64,000 nt of DNA from Promethearchaeia archaeon (GCA_029856045.1 JAHQWG010000047.1:192001-256000), one strand, 5' to 3'; positions 21,689-31,412 are shown, counted from the stretch's first letter. A program made the numbers and translations. Notes: generated by a model not told the origin, from the sequence alone.

Positions 21689-22135
21689 TTAATATTCAAG
21701 ATTTAAATTCACTTCAATCCCTTCCCTAACAGCTGCAGTAACCGTGCAGTAATTCTCAAACATCTTTCGACATTGATCTGCTCTTTTACGGGCTTTAGGA
21801 TCGTCTATTTTAGAAATTATATCGACATCTACTTTTTTTACTCTTAAAAACCCCTTATTATTCCTCCCAATTACTACTTCGGCTTTTGCCATTAAATCGT
21901 CTATTGAAAAATTTCTTTTTTTTAAACAAAAAATAAAACTCGCACTTAAACACCCCAAAAGAGCCATCCCTAGAAGTTTTGATGGATTTGGACCCCACAT
22001 ATCTGCTTCTTCTTGATTGGTTTCGTCAATATAGCAGTCTTTAACTGCCATTTCACCCATATCGCATTTAAATATCATATCTTTTTTTAATTTTATACCT
22101 ACCTTTGTTTTCACTTCTTCCAACATAATTTTCAT
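21689..22135 (-). CDS. OsmC/Ohr family protein
   Basis: GPNPSKLL..ALLGCL and FENYCTVT (the two conserved Cys). Confidence 0.88.
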   Translation of the reverse strand: MKIMLEEVKTKVGIKLKKDMIFKCDMGEMAVKDCYIDETNQEEADMWGPNPSKLLGMALLGCLSASFIFCLKKRNFSIDDLMAKAEVVIGRNNKGFLRVKKVDVDIISKIDDPKARKRADQCRKMFENYCTVTAAVREGIEVNLNLEY

Positions 22136-22334
22136 CTATATTTTTATATTTTATTTATAAATTCAATTTTTATTAATTATTAGAATTAGATTTTTTTTTA
22201 AAGGATTAGTAAAAAAATTAGAATAATAATAAAAAAATTAGAATGAAAATAGGCTAAAATAATAGAATATAATTAGAGTAAATGCAAAACTATAGAAAGA
22301 AATAAATTAGAAATAAAAAGGGGATAAATTTACT

Positions 22335-22490
22335 ATGGCAAATAAAAATAAATTAGATGAATTGAAAAAGACTAAATTTACTTGTACTGGATGAGCAATT
22401 TTTGATACGATATCATTTCCATTTAGAAAACTAAAAAATTGGATAAACTGCAAGAAAACTAAAAAGCTAAATCATAATCTCAACAGTTAA
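22335..22490 (+). CDS. Candidate small selenoprotein (C-T-G-U), or a 19-aa ORF/pseudogene
   Basis: ATG at 22335 behind AAGGGGA; TGT ACT GGA TGA (TGA at 22392-22394); frame stays open 31 more codons to TAA at 22488-22490. Confidence 0.3.
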
Positions 22491-22828
22491 TTCAAAAAAG
22501 CTAGGAATTGGCTGTAGGTTCCGCAAGAATCTGAGAATAAAAAATTTTTAGTTATACACTTAAAAAAAATAGATAAAAATTTACTATTCTTTTTCAAAAA
22601 ATAATTCAAAAAATAGTTCCTTTTCTCCAACTTCGGGTGGTATTATTTTTGTATATCCTGATTTTTTAATAATATGAATCGTATTTTTATTTCTCAAATT
22701 AATTACAAATTTTTAAAAAATCTTCAAATATTAAATATATTTTTTAAAATGCGTGAATTAATTATATTCTTGAAGTTAGAATTAGAAATTAAAAATTAAA
22801 AATTAAAAATAAGAGGATAGTATAAAAT

Positions 22829-23116
22829 ATGACTTTATCTAAAATTCCCATTTCACTTAAAAAAATTAGTAAAAAAAATATGGATAAAGAAATTTTACGA
22901 ACTGGAATAATAGCAGAGCTAGATGCGATAAATCTTTATGAACAAATGGCAGAAATGACAGAAAATCTGCATGTAAAGACTATTTTACTAGATATTGCAA
23001 ATGAAGAAAAAGTACATGTTGGTGAATTTCAATATTTGTTATTAAAATATGATAAAGAACAAATAGAAGCGTTAGAAGAAGGTAATAAAGAAGTAAAAGA
23101 ACTTATGGAAAAATAA
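22829..23116 (+). CDS. Small ferritin-like protein (EncFtn/Flp-like)
   Basis: IIAELDAINLYEQ...IANEEKVHVGEF ferroxidase-type motifs. Confidence 0.85.
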   Translation: MTLSKIPISLKKISKKNMDKEILRTGIIAELDAINLYEQMAEMTENLHVKTILLDIANEEKVHVGEFQYLLLKYDKEQIEALEEGNKEVKELMEK

Positions 23117-23221
23117 TATTATAATTCAAAACAAATCTTTTTAATTTTTTTTATTAATTTAAATGATCTTTAATAGCCAAAATATTTAGATTTTAAAAAA
23201 AAAATATTTTAAATTATTTTA

Positions 23222-23614
23222 TTATTTTGATTTCCATAAACCGTGAATATTACAGTATTCTCTAGCCCAGAGTCCTTCAGTATCTGCTACTACAAATGTT
23301 GCTTTAGGTTCATCGCCTGGCTTAAGAAATTTCCTTTTATAGCAATTATCCTTGCAAATTAATTCTATCCATTCAATCCAATGCTCATCAGTCATTGGAT
23401 GAGCCATATCTGCAACAATTCCAATCGAAACAGTCACTTTATTCCCATCAATTTCTATATAAGGAACATGTTTTTCTCCTTTATAATCAGCGGTTTTTGG
23501 TTCCATTAATTTCATATCTTGTCCGCAACATACGAGAGTACCGCCTCCAGTATGTAGGACTTCAACAATATTACCACAAACTTCACATTTATAAATTTCT
23601 TTTAATTGAGTCAA
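23222..23614 (-). CDS. dfx: Desulfoferrodoxin (2Fe superoxide reductase)
   Basis: YKCEVCGN...LVCCG, EKHVP, HPM..EHWIEW, YCNIHGLW. Confidence 0.95.
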   Translation of the reverse strand: MTQLKEIYKCEVCGNIVEVLHTGGGTLVCCGQDMKLMEPKTADYKGEKHVPYIEIDGNKVTVSIGIVADMAHPMTDEHWIEWIELICKDNCYKRKFLKPGDEPKATFVVADTEGLWAREYCNIHGLWKSK

Positions 23615-23695
23615 GATTCTTTCACCCTTTTTTATATGTTTATTTATTGAATATTTTGATTTTAAAAATTATTTTCTAATAAATATTAAAATAAT

Positions 23696-24280
23696 TTAAA
23701 ATTCTTCACATTTTTTTCGGTAGTTTGCTCTTGGATGATCACAAGCAGGGCACCTCCAATCTTCTGGTAATTCGTCCATCTCTACTTCATAACCACACTC
23801 CATACATACCCAAACAATCTTCTTCCCACGTTTGAAGAATGCATCATCACCGACTAGTTTTAAAAGCTTACCATAGCGTTCTGAGTGATGTTTTTCTGCA
23901 CGAGCAATGGATCTCAATCTGTTAGCAATTTCTGGATATCCTTCCTTTTTTGCAATATCTGCAAATCCGGGATACATTTCCTGCCATTCATAATTTTCTC
24001 CAGCAATTGCAGATTTTAAGTTTTCCTCGGTCGTTCCATAAGTTGTAGGTCCTGCAGCTTGAACTTCCAAATCATCAAAACTTTCTTCTTTTTTTAGATC
24101 TTGTAACATTCTATAATTCCATGTTGCGTGTTCTTTCTCTTGGTCAGCGGTTTCAATAAAAAATTTTGATATTAATACATACCCTTCTTTTTGTGCTATT
24201 TTAGAAAACATGGTATATCTCATTCTTGCTTGAGATTCGCCCATAAAGGCAACCATTAAATTTTGTACTGTTTTTTTCAT
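23696..24280 (-). CDS. rbr: Rubrerythrin
   Basis: [31 protein letters not shown]...CPAC. Confidence 0.95.
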   Translation of the reverse strand: MKKTVQNLMVAFMGESQARMRYTMFSKIAQKEGYVLISKFFIETADQEKEHATWNYRMLQDLKKEESFDDLEVQAAGPTTYGTTEENLKSAIAGENYEWQEMYPGFADIAKKEGYPEIANRLRSIARAEKHHSERYGKLLKLVGDDAFFKRGKKIVWVCMECGYEVEMDELPEDWRCPACDHPRANYRKKCEEF

Positions 24281-24499
24281 TATTTTTAACCCATCAATTT
24301 AATATTTATTTTTAAATATTTCTTAAGAAATTTTAATTTTTAAATAATGATATTTCCGTTAATGTAAATATCTAAAGATTATATTTTAAAAATTAAATTA
24401 AAAATTAACTTAAGATATAGGAATCTCTCTTTCTAAATGTTTAATAATATTTTAAAGTTAAATTGAAATTCTCATTTTAGCAAATATAAAGAAATAAAA

Positions 24500-24655
24500 T
24501 TATTTTTTTTTCATTTTAACCTTATCTCTCTGAAGTCCCGTTTCTCTGCTAGATGGAAGAGCAGTACCACAATGGTTTTTTTGAGCTTCTTTTAATTTAA
24601 AAGCTCTTTCCAATTCCTCTTCTACTTCTTTATCAGTTAATTCTTTATTACTCAT
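24500..24655 (-). CDS. Small hypothetical protein (51 aa) downstream of grx-FTR
   Basis: MSNKELTDKEVEEELERAFKLKEAQKNHCGTALPSS...; protein-like composition, co-oriented with neighbours. Confidence 0.5.
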   Translation of the reverse strand: MSNKELTDKEVEEELERAFKLKEAQKNHCGTALPSSRETGLQRDKVKMKKK

Positions 24656-24700
24656 AATAATCAAAGAGAAAACGGAAAATAAAAAGATCACGTTTAAAAA

Positions 24701-25057
24701 TTATAAATTTTCTTCAGCTTTTCTTTGCAAATCAATTGGTCTCCTCTCAGGAACATTTACAAATTCCAAACCCTTTTCATAGAAATTTGAAGCTAAATAT
24801 AAATTGCAATAACATGCCCCATATTCTTTTATATCTGCTGGGGCATAATCACATGGACAAATTAAATCATGATCTAATTCCCTCTTTCCTGAAGCTAATC
24901 TACATGGACAAGATTGATATCCATATCTTAATTTATTATTTAATAATCCATCTATTAAATCCTTAAGAGTCTCTTTATCCTTATTAAGATTCCAATTATT
25001 GGTTTTAGCAACTTGCTTGCAATATTGAATCATCCCATCTTTAGTTGATAAATTCAT
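24701..25057 (-). CDS. Ferredoxin:thioredoxin/glutaredoxin reductase catalytic subunit
   Basis: YGYQSCPCR, ICPC, GACYCNLY. Confidence 0.92.
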   Translation of the reverse strand: MNLSTKDGMIQYCKQVAKTNNWNLNKDKETLKDLIDGLLNNKLRYGYQSCPCRLASGKRELDHDLICPCDYAPADIKEYGACYCNLYLASNFYEKGLEFVNVPERRPIDLQRKAEENL

Positions 25058-25064
25058 TTCATAC

Positions 25065-25388
25065 TCACTCCCTTTTAATTAATTTTTTATATTTTTCTGG
25101 ATCGTATCCAACGAGAGGTTGATCGTCAACGATTAAAAAAGGAAAAGCAATTCTTTCTTTATAGGTTTTTCTTAAACAATCTAAAATTGCTTTTTTTGTG
25201 TTTTTATCTATTTTATCTACATCGATAAATCTATACTTTATATTATTATCATTTAAATACTTCTTAGTTTTCTTACACCACATGCATGTACTTAAAGTAA
25301 ATAATGAAATCTTTTGAGAAGTTTTACTTCCATCGACTATATTAAATTCTTCTTTACAAAAATCGAACATTACATCAGCATTAGACAT
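25065..25388 (-). CDS. Glutaredoxin (NrdH-like), partner of FTR
   Basis: LSTCMWCKKTK, AFPFLIV, VGYD. Confidence 0.88.
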   Translation of the reverse strand: MSNADVMFDFCKEEFNIVDGSKTSQKISLFTLSTCMWCKKTKKYLNDNNIKYRFIDVDKIDKNTKKAILDCLRKTYKERIAFPFLIVDDQPLVGYDPEKYKKLIKRE

Positions 25389-25845
25389 TTCTTATTTTCT
25401 ACTCCCATTTTAATAATTGCTAATAATGATTATTTTTATTTATTACAAATTCAGTATTTTTTCAATTTTTTTGACATTTTCTTTCCAATTATATTCTTTT
25501 CCATCTCAAACTCAAGTAAATATTTGAAAAATTAGAATTTGTTGTATATAATTTATAGAAATTTTTTCTCAAATTAAAAATGAACAAGTTTATTTTTAAC
25601 TTTTTATGTATAAAATATTTAAAAAAAAAAAATGATAAGAGTAATTAGTGTTTTCTCTTCACTTCAATTGAAATCAAGAGAATTGCCTAAAAAATTTCTT
25701 AATTTAAAAATATCGCCAAATTTTATTATCAGTTAATATTAAATAAACGGAATTATATAATTTCTTTTTTAAAATTTATCCCTTTGCAATTTTCTTTTTA
25801 TTTTATAATCAATAAAATTAAAGTTTTTAATTAGTATTTTATCTT

Positions 25846-26073
25846 GTGGAAGTTTCAAACTGTTCAGCGAAAGCTTTTCATATTATTAGAGAGAATAAAT
25901 GCTCAAAATGTCAAACATTCGACTGTGAAAATGCATGCTTTAGAGGGATCTATAAAGTAATAAACAAGGATTTGGTACCAAAATGTATTGTGGTTAAAGA
26001 AAGAGAATCGTTCTGTGTAAAATGCCACCTTTGCACAACTGCATGCAAATATAAGGCAATCGAAATATTATAA
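25846..26073 (+). CDS. 4Fe-4S ferredoxin-like protein
   Basis: CSKCQTFDCENAC and CVKCHLCTTAC..KAI. Confidence 0.8.
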   Translation: MEVSNCSAKAFHIIRENKCSKCQTFDCENACFRGIYKVINKDLVPKCIVVKERESFCVKCHLCTTACKYKAIEIL

Positions 26074-26168
26074 ACTTCTATTTAAGTATATCCAAAATAT
26101 ATGAAAATTTTATTATTACCATTTACACTTTATATTAATAAGAGTTAATAATGGAGTGAAAAAAGTAA

Positions 26169-26720
26169 ATGTCAAAACAAACCTTTAACGAGAAATTGGG
26201 AATTGACAATGATGATAAAAAAATAATAGAAATGCTTGAGGAGAATCCAGATTTAACGCATAGTTATATAGCTGAGGAAATAGGAAAGAGTCAGCCTGCT
26301 ATTGGAGCAAGAATTCTAAAATTGGAGCGAAAGCATCTTATAACCAAACAAGTTGGATTGAATCTTAGAAAAGTTGATTTAGATGTTGCAATTGTTCAAA
26401 TTTCTACACGAGATGTTGAAGAAATCATAAAAAAAGTTAAGGATTGCCCTTTCATTAATTATGTATTTAGAATATCTGGTGAATTTAATCTTATGGTTGT
26501 TTTGGCTGCCTCTGATTTAAACATTATAGAAAAAATAGTAGATCTATGTTTTCGTAATGATAAGAATGTATTAAACGTAAAAACCAATTTTATAATATCT
26601 GCAGAGAGAGATTTCGTTATACCTATTGATTTTAAGATTGAAAAATTTGATGGCAACTCTTGCGGACCAAATTGTTATCTAAATAAAAATAGACCAACAA
26701 TAAATATTAAAAGAGATTAA
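26169..26720 (+). CDS. Lrp/AsnC family regulator
   Basis: IDNDDKKIIEML...SQPAIGARILKLE HTH; RISGEFNL ligand domain. Confidence 0.9.
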   Translation: MSKQTFNEKLGIDNDDKKIIEMLEENPDLTHSYIAEEIGKSQPAIGARILKLERKHLITKQVGLNLRKVDLDVAIVQISTRDVEEIIKKVKDCPFINYVFRISGEFNLMVVLAASDLNIIEKIVDLCFRNDKNVLNVKTNFIISAERDFVIPIDFKIEKFDGNSCGPNCYLNKNRPTINIKRD

Positions 26721-26731
26721 ACCTTTTCAAT

Positions 26732-27265
26732 CTACGCATTAACTTTTTCAATTAATCTTACACAATCTTCTCCACAACCTTTTTCTTTGGTGGGATTTTG
26801 ATCTTCAGACCTGAAATCCACTGGAAGGATTAAATCTTTAGCAATGTCAACTACAATTTCCATTTTAACATTTGTTATATTTTTATTGTTCCTGAAGTGA
26901 TAATTTACCATATTATCTAATTTATTCAAATTCGAGGCGGTGAGTAATAATAGGATATTTTCCTCGCCCGATAACTTAAAACAATTAATTATAAACGGGC
27001 AGACTTTCGCCATTTCAAAAATATCATTGGGATCTTTAGTTCTTAATGTCACCGATGCTAAAAATAGATCAACTTTCTTAAAATTAACACCTCTTTGCAA
27101 CTCCAGAAGTCCTTTTTCCTCCAATTTATGAATACGCATACCTACAGTAGGTTGGGATCTAGAAATCTTATCTGCTATTTCCATATGTGTCAAAGTGGGG
27201 TTTTCCTGCAACAAATCAATTATATTCCTGTCAACTTCGTCAATTCTAAATTTTGATTCAGTCAT
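26732..27265 (-). CDS. Lrp/AsnC family regulator (paralog, convergent)
   Basis: IDEVDRNIIDLL...SQPTVGMRIHKLE; KLSGEENI. Confidence 0.9.
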   Translation of the reverse strand: MTESKFRIDEVDRNIIDLLQENPTLTHMEIADKISRSQPTVGMRIHKLEEKGLLELQRGVNFKKVDLFLASVTLRTKDPNDIFEMAKVCPFIINCFKLSGEENILLLLTASNLNKLDNMVNYHFRNNKNITNVKMEIVVDIAKDLILPVDFRSEDQNPTKEKGCGEDCVRLIEKVNA

Positions 27266-27444
27266 TTTTTTAAAATCTTTTTTTTTACAATTTTAAATTG
27301 AAATTCGGATACTTATAAAATATAAATTAAAGGTTTTTAAAAAAATTTTACAAATTATTTTGATATTCTTTAAAAACTTTTTATGTTTTGATCATAATGA
27401 ATATTTTTTCAACACATAGGATATTTTATCCGTAATTCCTTAAA

Positions 27445-28395
27445 TTATCCACTTGAAATAATAATTACTGCTATTAAAATTAGAATACCTCCGAATAATG
27501 GAACCAAGATATCCTGCTCAATGCCTAAAACAAAAGAAAAAAGTAGAGTCAAGAAGGGTTCTGCATAGAGAAATGATGCGACTTTTGAAGCTTCAAGTTT
27601 TTTCATACTTGATGCCCACAAAATCCCTCCAATTACACTTGCGATAATTGCAAGATAAGCAACATTTAAGATAACAATGGGATTAAGGAAATTTTCAAAA
27701 AAGATAGGCAGTTCACCTAAAAATATAACAAATAAAAATAATTCAATAGTTCCAATATATATTACATAACGCATGGTTTGAGCGGGTGTTAATTTTTTTG
27801 TTAATTTTTTCAAGAGGATAGAATATGCAGCCCAAATAATTGGCTGGCCTATACCGAGAAGATTTCCAAATAAGTTTTGAGAAAACAGATTTAAATTATT
27901 AATATCGCCACGTGTCATTAATATTAATGTGCCTATTGTTGCTAAGATAAAACCGATAATTTTAAGATAATTTAATTTTTCCTTGAAGAAAATTATTGAT
28001 AATATCATAATGAAAATTGGGGATAATAAACATACTAATAAGGCGGATGTCGAAGGTCCAATCAATTCTATTGCGTTGTATTGGACAATATAAAAAAGGG
28101 AGCCTCCAAGAAAGCTGCAAGCTAAAATTAAAACATAATCTTTTTTTTTAAAATTTAAATTATTTATTATCTCTTCATTATTCTTAGAAATCTCTTGATC
28201 ATTTTTCATGGAACTATTCTTTTTTTTCCATATTTTTTCAAAAAATGTTATCAGTAAGAGAGCAAAAGATGCAATTATGAACCGATAAAAAGCAATTGTA
28301 ATTGGAGTTAAATAATTAATAAGATTATCGACTATAATAAATGAGAAACTCCAAAAAACTATTAGTATCCCCAATAGGACGTATTCTTTTTTCAT
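27445..28395 (-). CDS. DMT/EamA family transporter
   Basis: About 10 TM segments in two EamA repeats; FWSFSF, FKEKL, YAEP. Confidence 0.88.
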   Translation of the reverse strand: MKKEYVLLGILIVFWSFSFIIVDNLINYLTPITIAFYRFIIASFALLLITFFEKIWKKKNSSMKNDQEISKNNEEIINNLNFKKKDYVLILACSFLGGSLFYIVQYNAIELIGPSTSALLVCLLSPIFIMILSIIFFKEKLNYLKIIGFILATIGTLILMTRGDINNLNLFSQNLFGNLLGIGQPIIWAAYSILLKKLTKKLTPAQTMRYVIYIGTIELFLFVIFLGELPIFFENFLNPIVILNVAYLAIIASVIGGILWASSMKKLEASKVASFLYAEPFLTLLFSFVLGIEQDILVPLFGGILILIAVIIISSG

Positions 28396-28561
28396 TGATG
28401 ATAAGCAGATATATTAAAAATGTTAATTTAAACAAAGAAGAGTGGTTTATTACTTTTTATCTTGAATAGATATGTAAATGAAAATTCCATATTATGTCGA
28501 TATTACATAGTAATATTTAGATCTACTTCAAATGTATATCTAGATAATATAACATAATTTC

Positions 28562-29773
28562 ATGATTTATATGGAATTTCAAGAGCCTATTATAAGAAAG
28601 GTCGATTCCTTTAATTTAGATTCCTTTCAAGATAGAAGATTAAAAACTTTTTTGAATGCAGGGATTAAAAATGCTTTTCCATCCAAAGAAGGCATTAATA
28701 TTCCGAAAAAGGGAGATTCCGATGAATTCTTAGCGGATTTATTAAATGTTTTGAATATTAAGACATTGGTTGTAGGAGTGGGAGGAGCCGGCAATAATAC
28801 AGTATCTCGATTGCAAGAGGGGGGGATTATTGGAGCTGAGACATTAAACGTAAATACAGATGCTCAAGATTTGTATTATTCACATGCGAGTTCAAAGTTA
28901 TTGATTGGAAAAGAAATTTCCAAAGGGTTGGGGTCAGGAAATAATCCTGAAATAGGAAAGGAATCTGCTGAATGTGACGTTAAAAGAATTAGAGAATTCA
29001 TGGATGCAGATGTAGTATTTTTAACGTGTGGATTAGGAGGAGGTACAGGAACTGGTGCTACTCCTATTATTGCAAGAGAAGCAAAAAAAGCAGGTGCCGT
29101 CGTTGTTACTTTCTGCACATTACCGTTTGGAATGGAGGGAGAAAAAAGGAGCTTGCGCGCGAATAGTGCATTAAGAGAATTAGCACAATATTCGGACTCG
29201 TTAATTCCCATTCCAAACGACCGTCTATTTAAGTTGGACCAAAACATTTCAATGATGACTGGATTTAAGATTATGGATGAAGTTCTTGTCAGAAGTTGCA
29301 GATCTTTGGTAGGTCTTATAAATAATTGTGGGATGGTCAATTTAGATTATGCTGATGTGAAAAATGTTCTTAGAAAAACTGGGAAATATCCATCAGGAAT
29401 TATTGGAATCGCTGAATCAGTAGGAGATAAAAATGACCTTATAAATAAAACAAAATTGGCTATTAATAATCCCCTTCTAGAACCCGATACAAAAAAAATT
29501 GATCAGTGCATAGTTTCAATATCTGGAGACCATGATATTCCATTATCAAAAATAGACAACGTAGTATCCACTGTTTCAAGTGAAATATCTAAAGAGGCCG
29601 ATTTAAAATTCGGTGCCATGATAAATCCAACTTTGGGTTCAAAAACTCAAATCCTATTTTTAGGAAAAGGACCGATTTCTCCATTATTACTTAAAGCGGT
29701 TAATTCGGAGGAAGGTAGGAACGATATTGAAGAAGATATGGGTTATAAAAATGTAATTAATCGCCTTTTTTGA
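28562..29773 (+). CDS. ftsZ: Cell division GTPase FtsZ with N-terminal extension
   Basis: VVGVGGAGNN, NTDAQDL, GLGGGTGTG, PFGMEG, NLDYADV (T7 loop). Confidence 0.93.
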   Translation: MIYMEFQEPIIRKVDSFNLDSFQDRRLKTFLNAGIKNAFPSKEGINIPKKGDSDEFLADLLNVLNIKTLVVGVGGAGNNTVSRLQEGGIIGAETLNVNTDAQDLYYSHASSKLLIGKEISKGLGSGNNPEIGKESAECDVKRIREFMDADVVFLTCGLGGGTGTGATPIIAREAKKAGAVVVTFCTLPFGMEGEKRSLRANSALRELAQYSDSLIPIPNDRLFKLDQNISMMTGFKIMDEVLVRSCRSLVGLINNCGMVNLDYADVKNVLRKTGKYPSGIIGIAESVGDKNDLINKTKLAINNPLLEPDTKKIDQCIVSISGDHDIPLSKIDNVVSTVSSEISKEADLKFGAMINPTLGSKTQILFLGKGPISPLLLKAVNSEEGRNDIEEDMGYKNVINRLF

Positions 29774-29901
29774 TTAATTACATCCTTTTAATTTTAAGTT
29801 GTTGATTATTTATTCTAATAATTCATATCATAGGCCAATATATTTCAAAATTATTCATTAGAGCAATTTTAAATTAGATATCATATTATGCTTTTTTAAC
29901 G

Positions 29902-30528
29902 ATGATTCAATTTGACATTAAAACCATAGTTTTTGATTTAGGTGGTGTATTATTCACATCGGGGACAACATTAGCTATAAAAAAAATTGCAATTAATTAT
30001 GGAATTAATTATAGAAAAGTCGGAGTAATATTTCTTGATAAAACTCATGAACTGGGCTATAAATTAAGGAGTGGAATGATCTCTATGGAAGAGTTCTTAG
30101 ATAATGTAATTAAAAAACTAAATTTGGAAGAAGAAGATAAAGAGCATATACAAAATATTTGGTTTAATTCGTATATACCTCATTTTGGAATGTTTGATTT
30201 AATAAAAAATTTGAAGAAAAATTATAGATTAGTGATTTTTAGCGGAAATGTTAAAACGAGGATAGCTTTTCTTAATAAAAGGTATGATTTTCTGAAATAT
30301 TTTGATGATTACGTTTTTAGTTATATTTATCATCATAATAAAAAAGAAATAGAATTTTATAATGAATTGATCAATCATCTTGGGTGTGAGCCAAATCAAT
30401 CTTTATTAATTGATGATAGTAGTAAGGCCGTTAAAATTGCCCGATCTCTTAATCTAAATGCAATAATTTATTATTATCCTGAGAAGTTAATTAAAGATTT
30501 AAAAAATTTTAATATAAAAATAAATTAA
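29902..30528 (+). CDS. HAD-family phosphatase
   Basis: IVFDLGGVL, SGN, LLIDD. Confidence 0.85.
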   Translation: MIQFDIKTIVFDLGGVLFTSGTTLAIKKIAINYGINYRKVGVIFLDKTHELGYKLRSGMISMEEFLDNVIKKLNLEEEDKEHIQNIWFNSYIPHFGMFDLIKNLKKNYRLVIFSGNVKTRIAFLNKRYDFLKYFDDYVFSYIYHHNKKEIEFYNELINHLGCEPNQSLLIDDSSKAVKIARSLNLNAIIYYYPEKLIKDLKNFNIKIN

Positions 30529-30542
30529 CGAGAGGGAATGCT

Positions 30543-30743
30543 ATTCCGAAGAAATGTAAATGGTATAATTGCTGCCCATTGAAATTTTTTTACGAGCAGG
30601 ACAATTTAGAAGAAAAATGGGTCAGAGATTATTGTTGGATAGGCAATAAAAATTGCATAAGATATCAAAAAGAAGAAGCTGGAATACCTCATCCAGATAA
30701 TATGATGCCAGATGGTAGTATAAGAGAGGATTTAAAATATTAA
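30543..30743 (+). CDS. Small Cys-rich conserved protein (66 aa), probable ATT start
   Basis: (M)PKKCKWYNCCPLKFFYEQDNLEEKWVRDYCWIGNKNCIRYQKEEAGIPHPDNMMPDGSIREDLKY; pattern CKWYxxCP...YC...CxRY...HPDxMxPDG recognised from memory as a small conserved family; SD-like GAGGGA at 30532-30537. Confidence 0.78.
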   Translation: MPKKCKWYNCCPLKFFYEQDNLEEKWVRDYCWIGNKNCIRYQKEEAGIPHPDNMMPDGSIREDLKY

Positions 30744-31412
30744 TGTGCTTCCAGCTTTTATTTCTACAAAATTATTGGGAAAATTTTTTCTTATTTTATT
30801 AGTTTTTGATGTACAATGACAGGGAGCAATTAAATCGATTCCTTCTAAAGCATATAACTTATCGAATCCGTGAAAACCTCCCAATACAGCGCGGATTTTT
30901 CCTAATTCCTTAGCATTTTCTATTATATTTTCTAAGCCTGGATGGGCACATCCTGTAATTATCACAATTCCTTCTTCTGACTTTAAAAATAAAGAGATTT
31001 CGGGTATTCCTGTTCCCAATTCTTTTGAGCAATAAATATTATCACCAATCTCAGTTATTTCCTTTATTCCATGAATCTTAACATCGGATGGCATTTGATT
31101 TGACATAAAATCTTTTTTTGAATAAGCTAGATAAAGTTCGATATTAGGATTTATTGCAATAAGACTCATTAATCCCCCAGCATGATCCATATGCGTATGA
31201 GAAAGAATTACTTTTTGAATTTTTTCAACTTCAATATTAAATTTATTAAGATTATGTGCCAATTTAGGAAAGTCACCACCGGTATCAAAGAGCAAAATCT
31301 TATTTGAATAATTATTCACAATAATTGCCCCAAATCCCCATCCAGATTGGAATCCAGGGAGGGCATTATTATCGAAGACTATTTTTACTTCAAAATTATG
31401 TTTATTTTTCAT
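30732..31412 (-). CDS. MBL-fold metallo-hydrolase
   Basis: LFDTG, LSHTHMDHAGG, TGCAHPG, GGFH, PCHCT. Confidence 0.88.
   Translation of the reverse strand: MKNKHNFEVKIVFDNNALPGFQSGWGFGAIIVNNYSNKILLFDTGGDFPKLAHNLNKFNIEVEKIQKVILSHTHMDHAGGLMSLIAINPNIELYLAYSKKDFMSNQMPSDVKIHGIKEITEIGDNIYCSKELGTGIPEISLFLKSEEGIVIITGCAHPGLENIIENAKELGKIRAVLGGFHGFDKLYALEGIDLIAPCHCTSKTNKIRKNFPNNFVEIKAGSTLIF

Noticed and set aside
22184-22360. Repeated AATTAGA(A) words, including AAAAAAATTAGAAT x2, considered as a CRISPR or iteron array
   Set aside because: Short, irregularly spaced and low complexity; no spacer structure or cas genes.
22670-22790. ATGA/GTGA-starting stems examined as SECIS candidates
   Set aside because: No convincing helix with the closing GA quartet could be drawn.
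25410-25740. Short minus-strand frames with TGA codons upstream of grx
   Set aside because: Multiple stops and no recognisable motif; at most decayed sequence.
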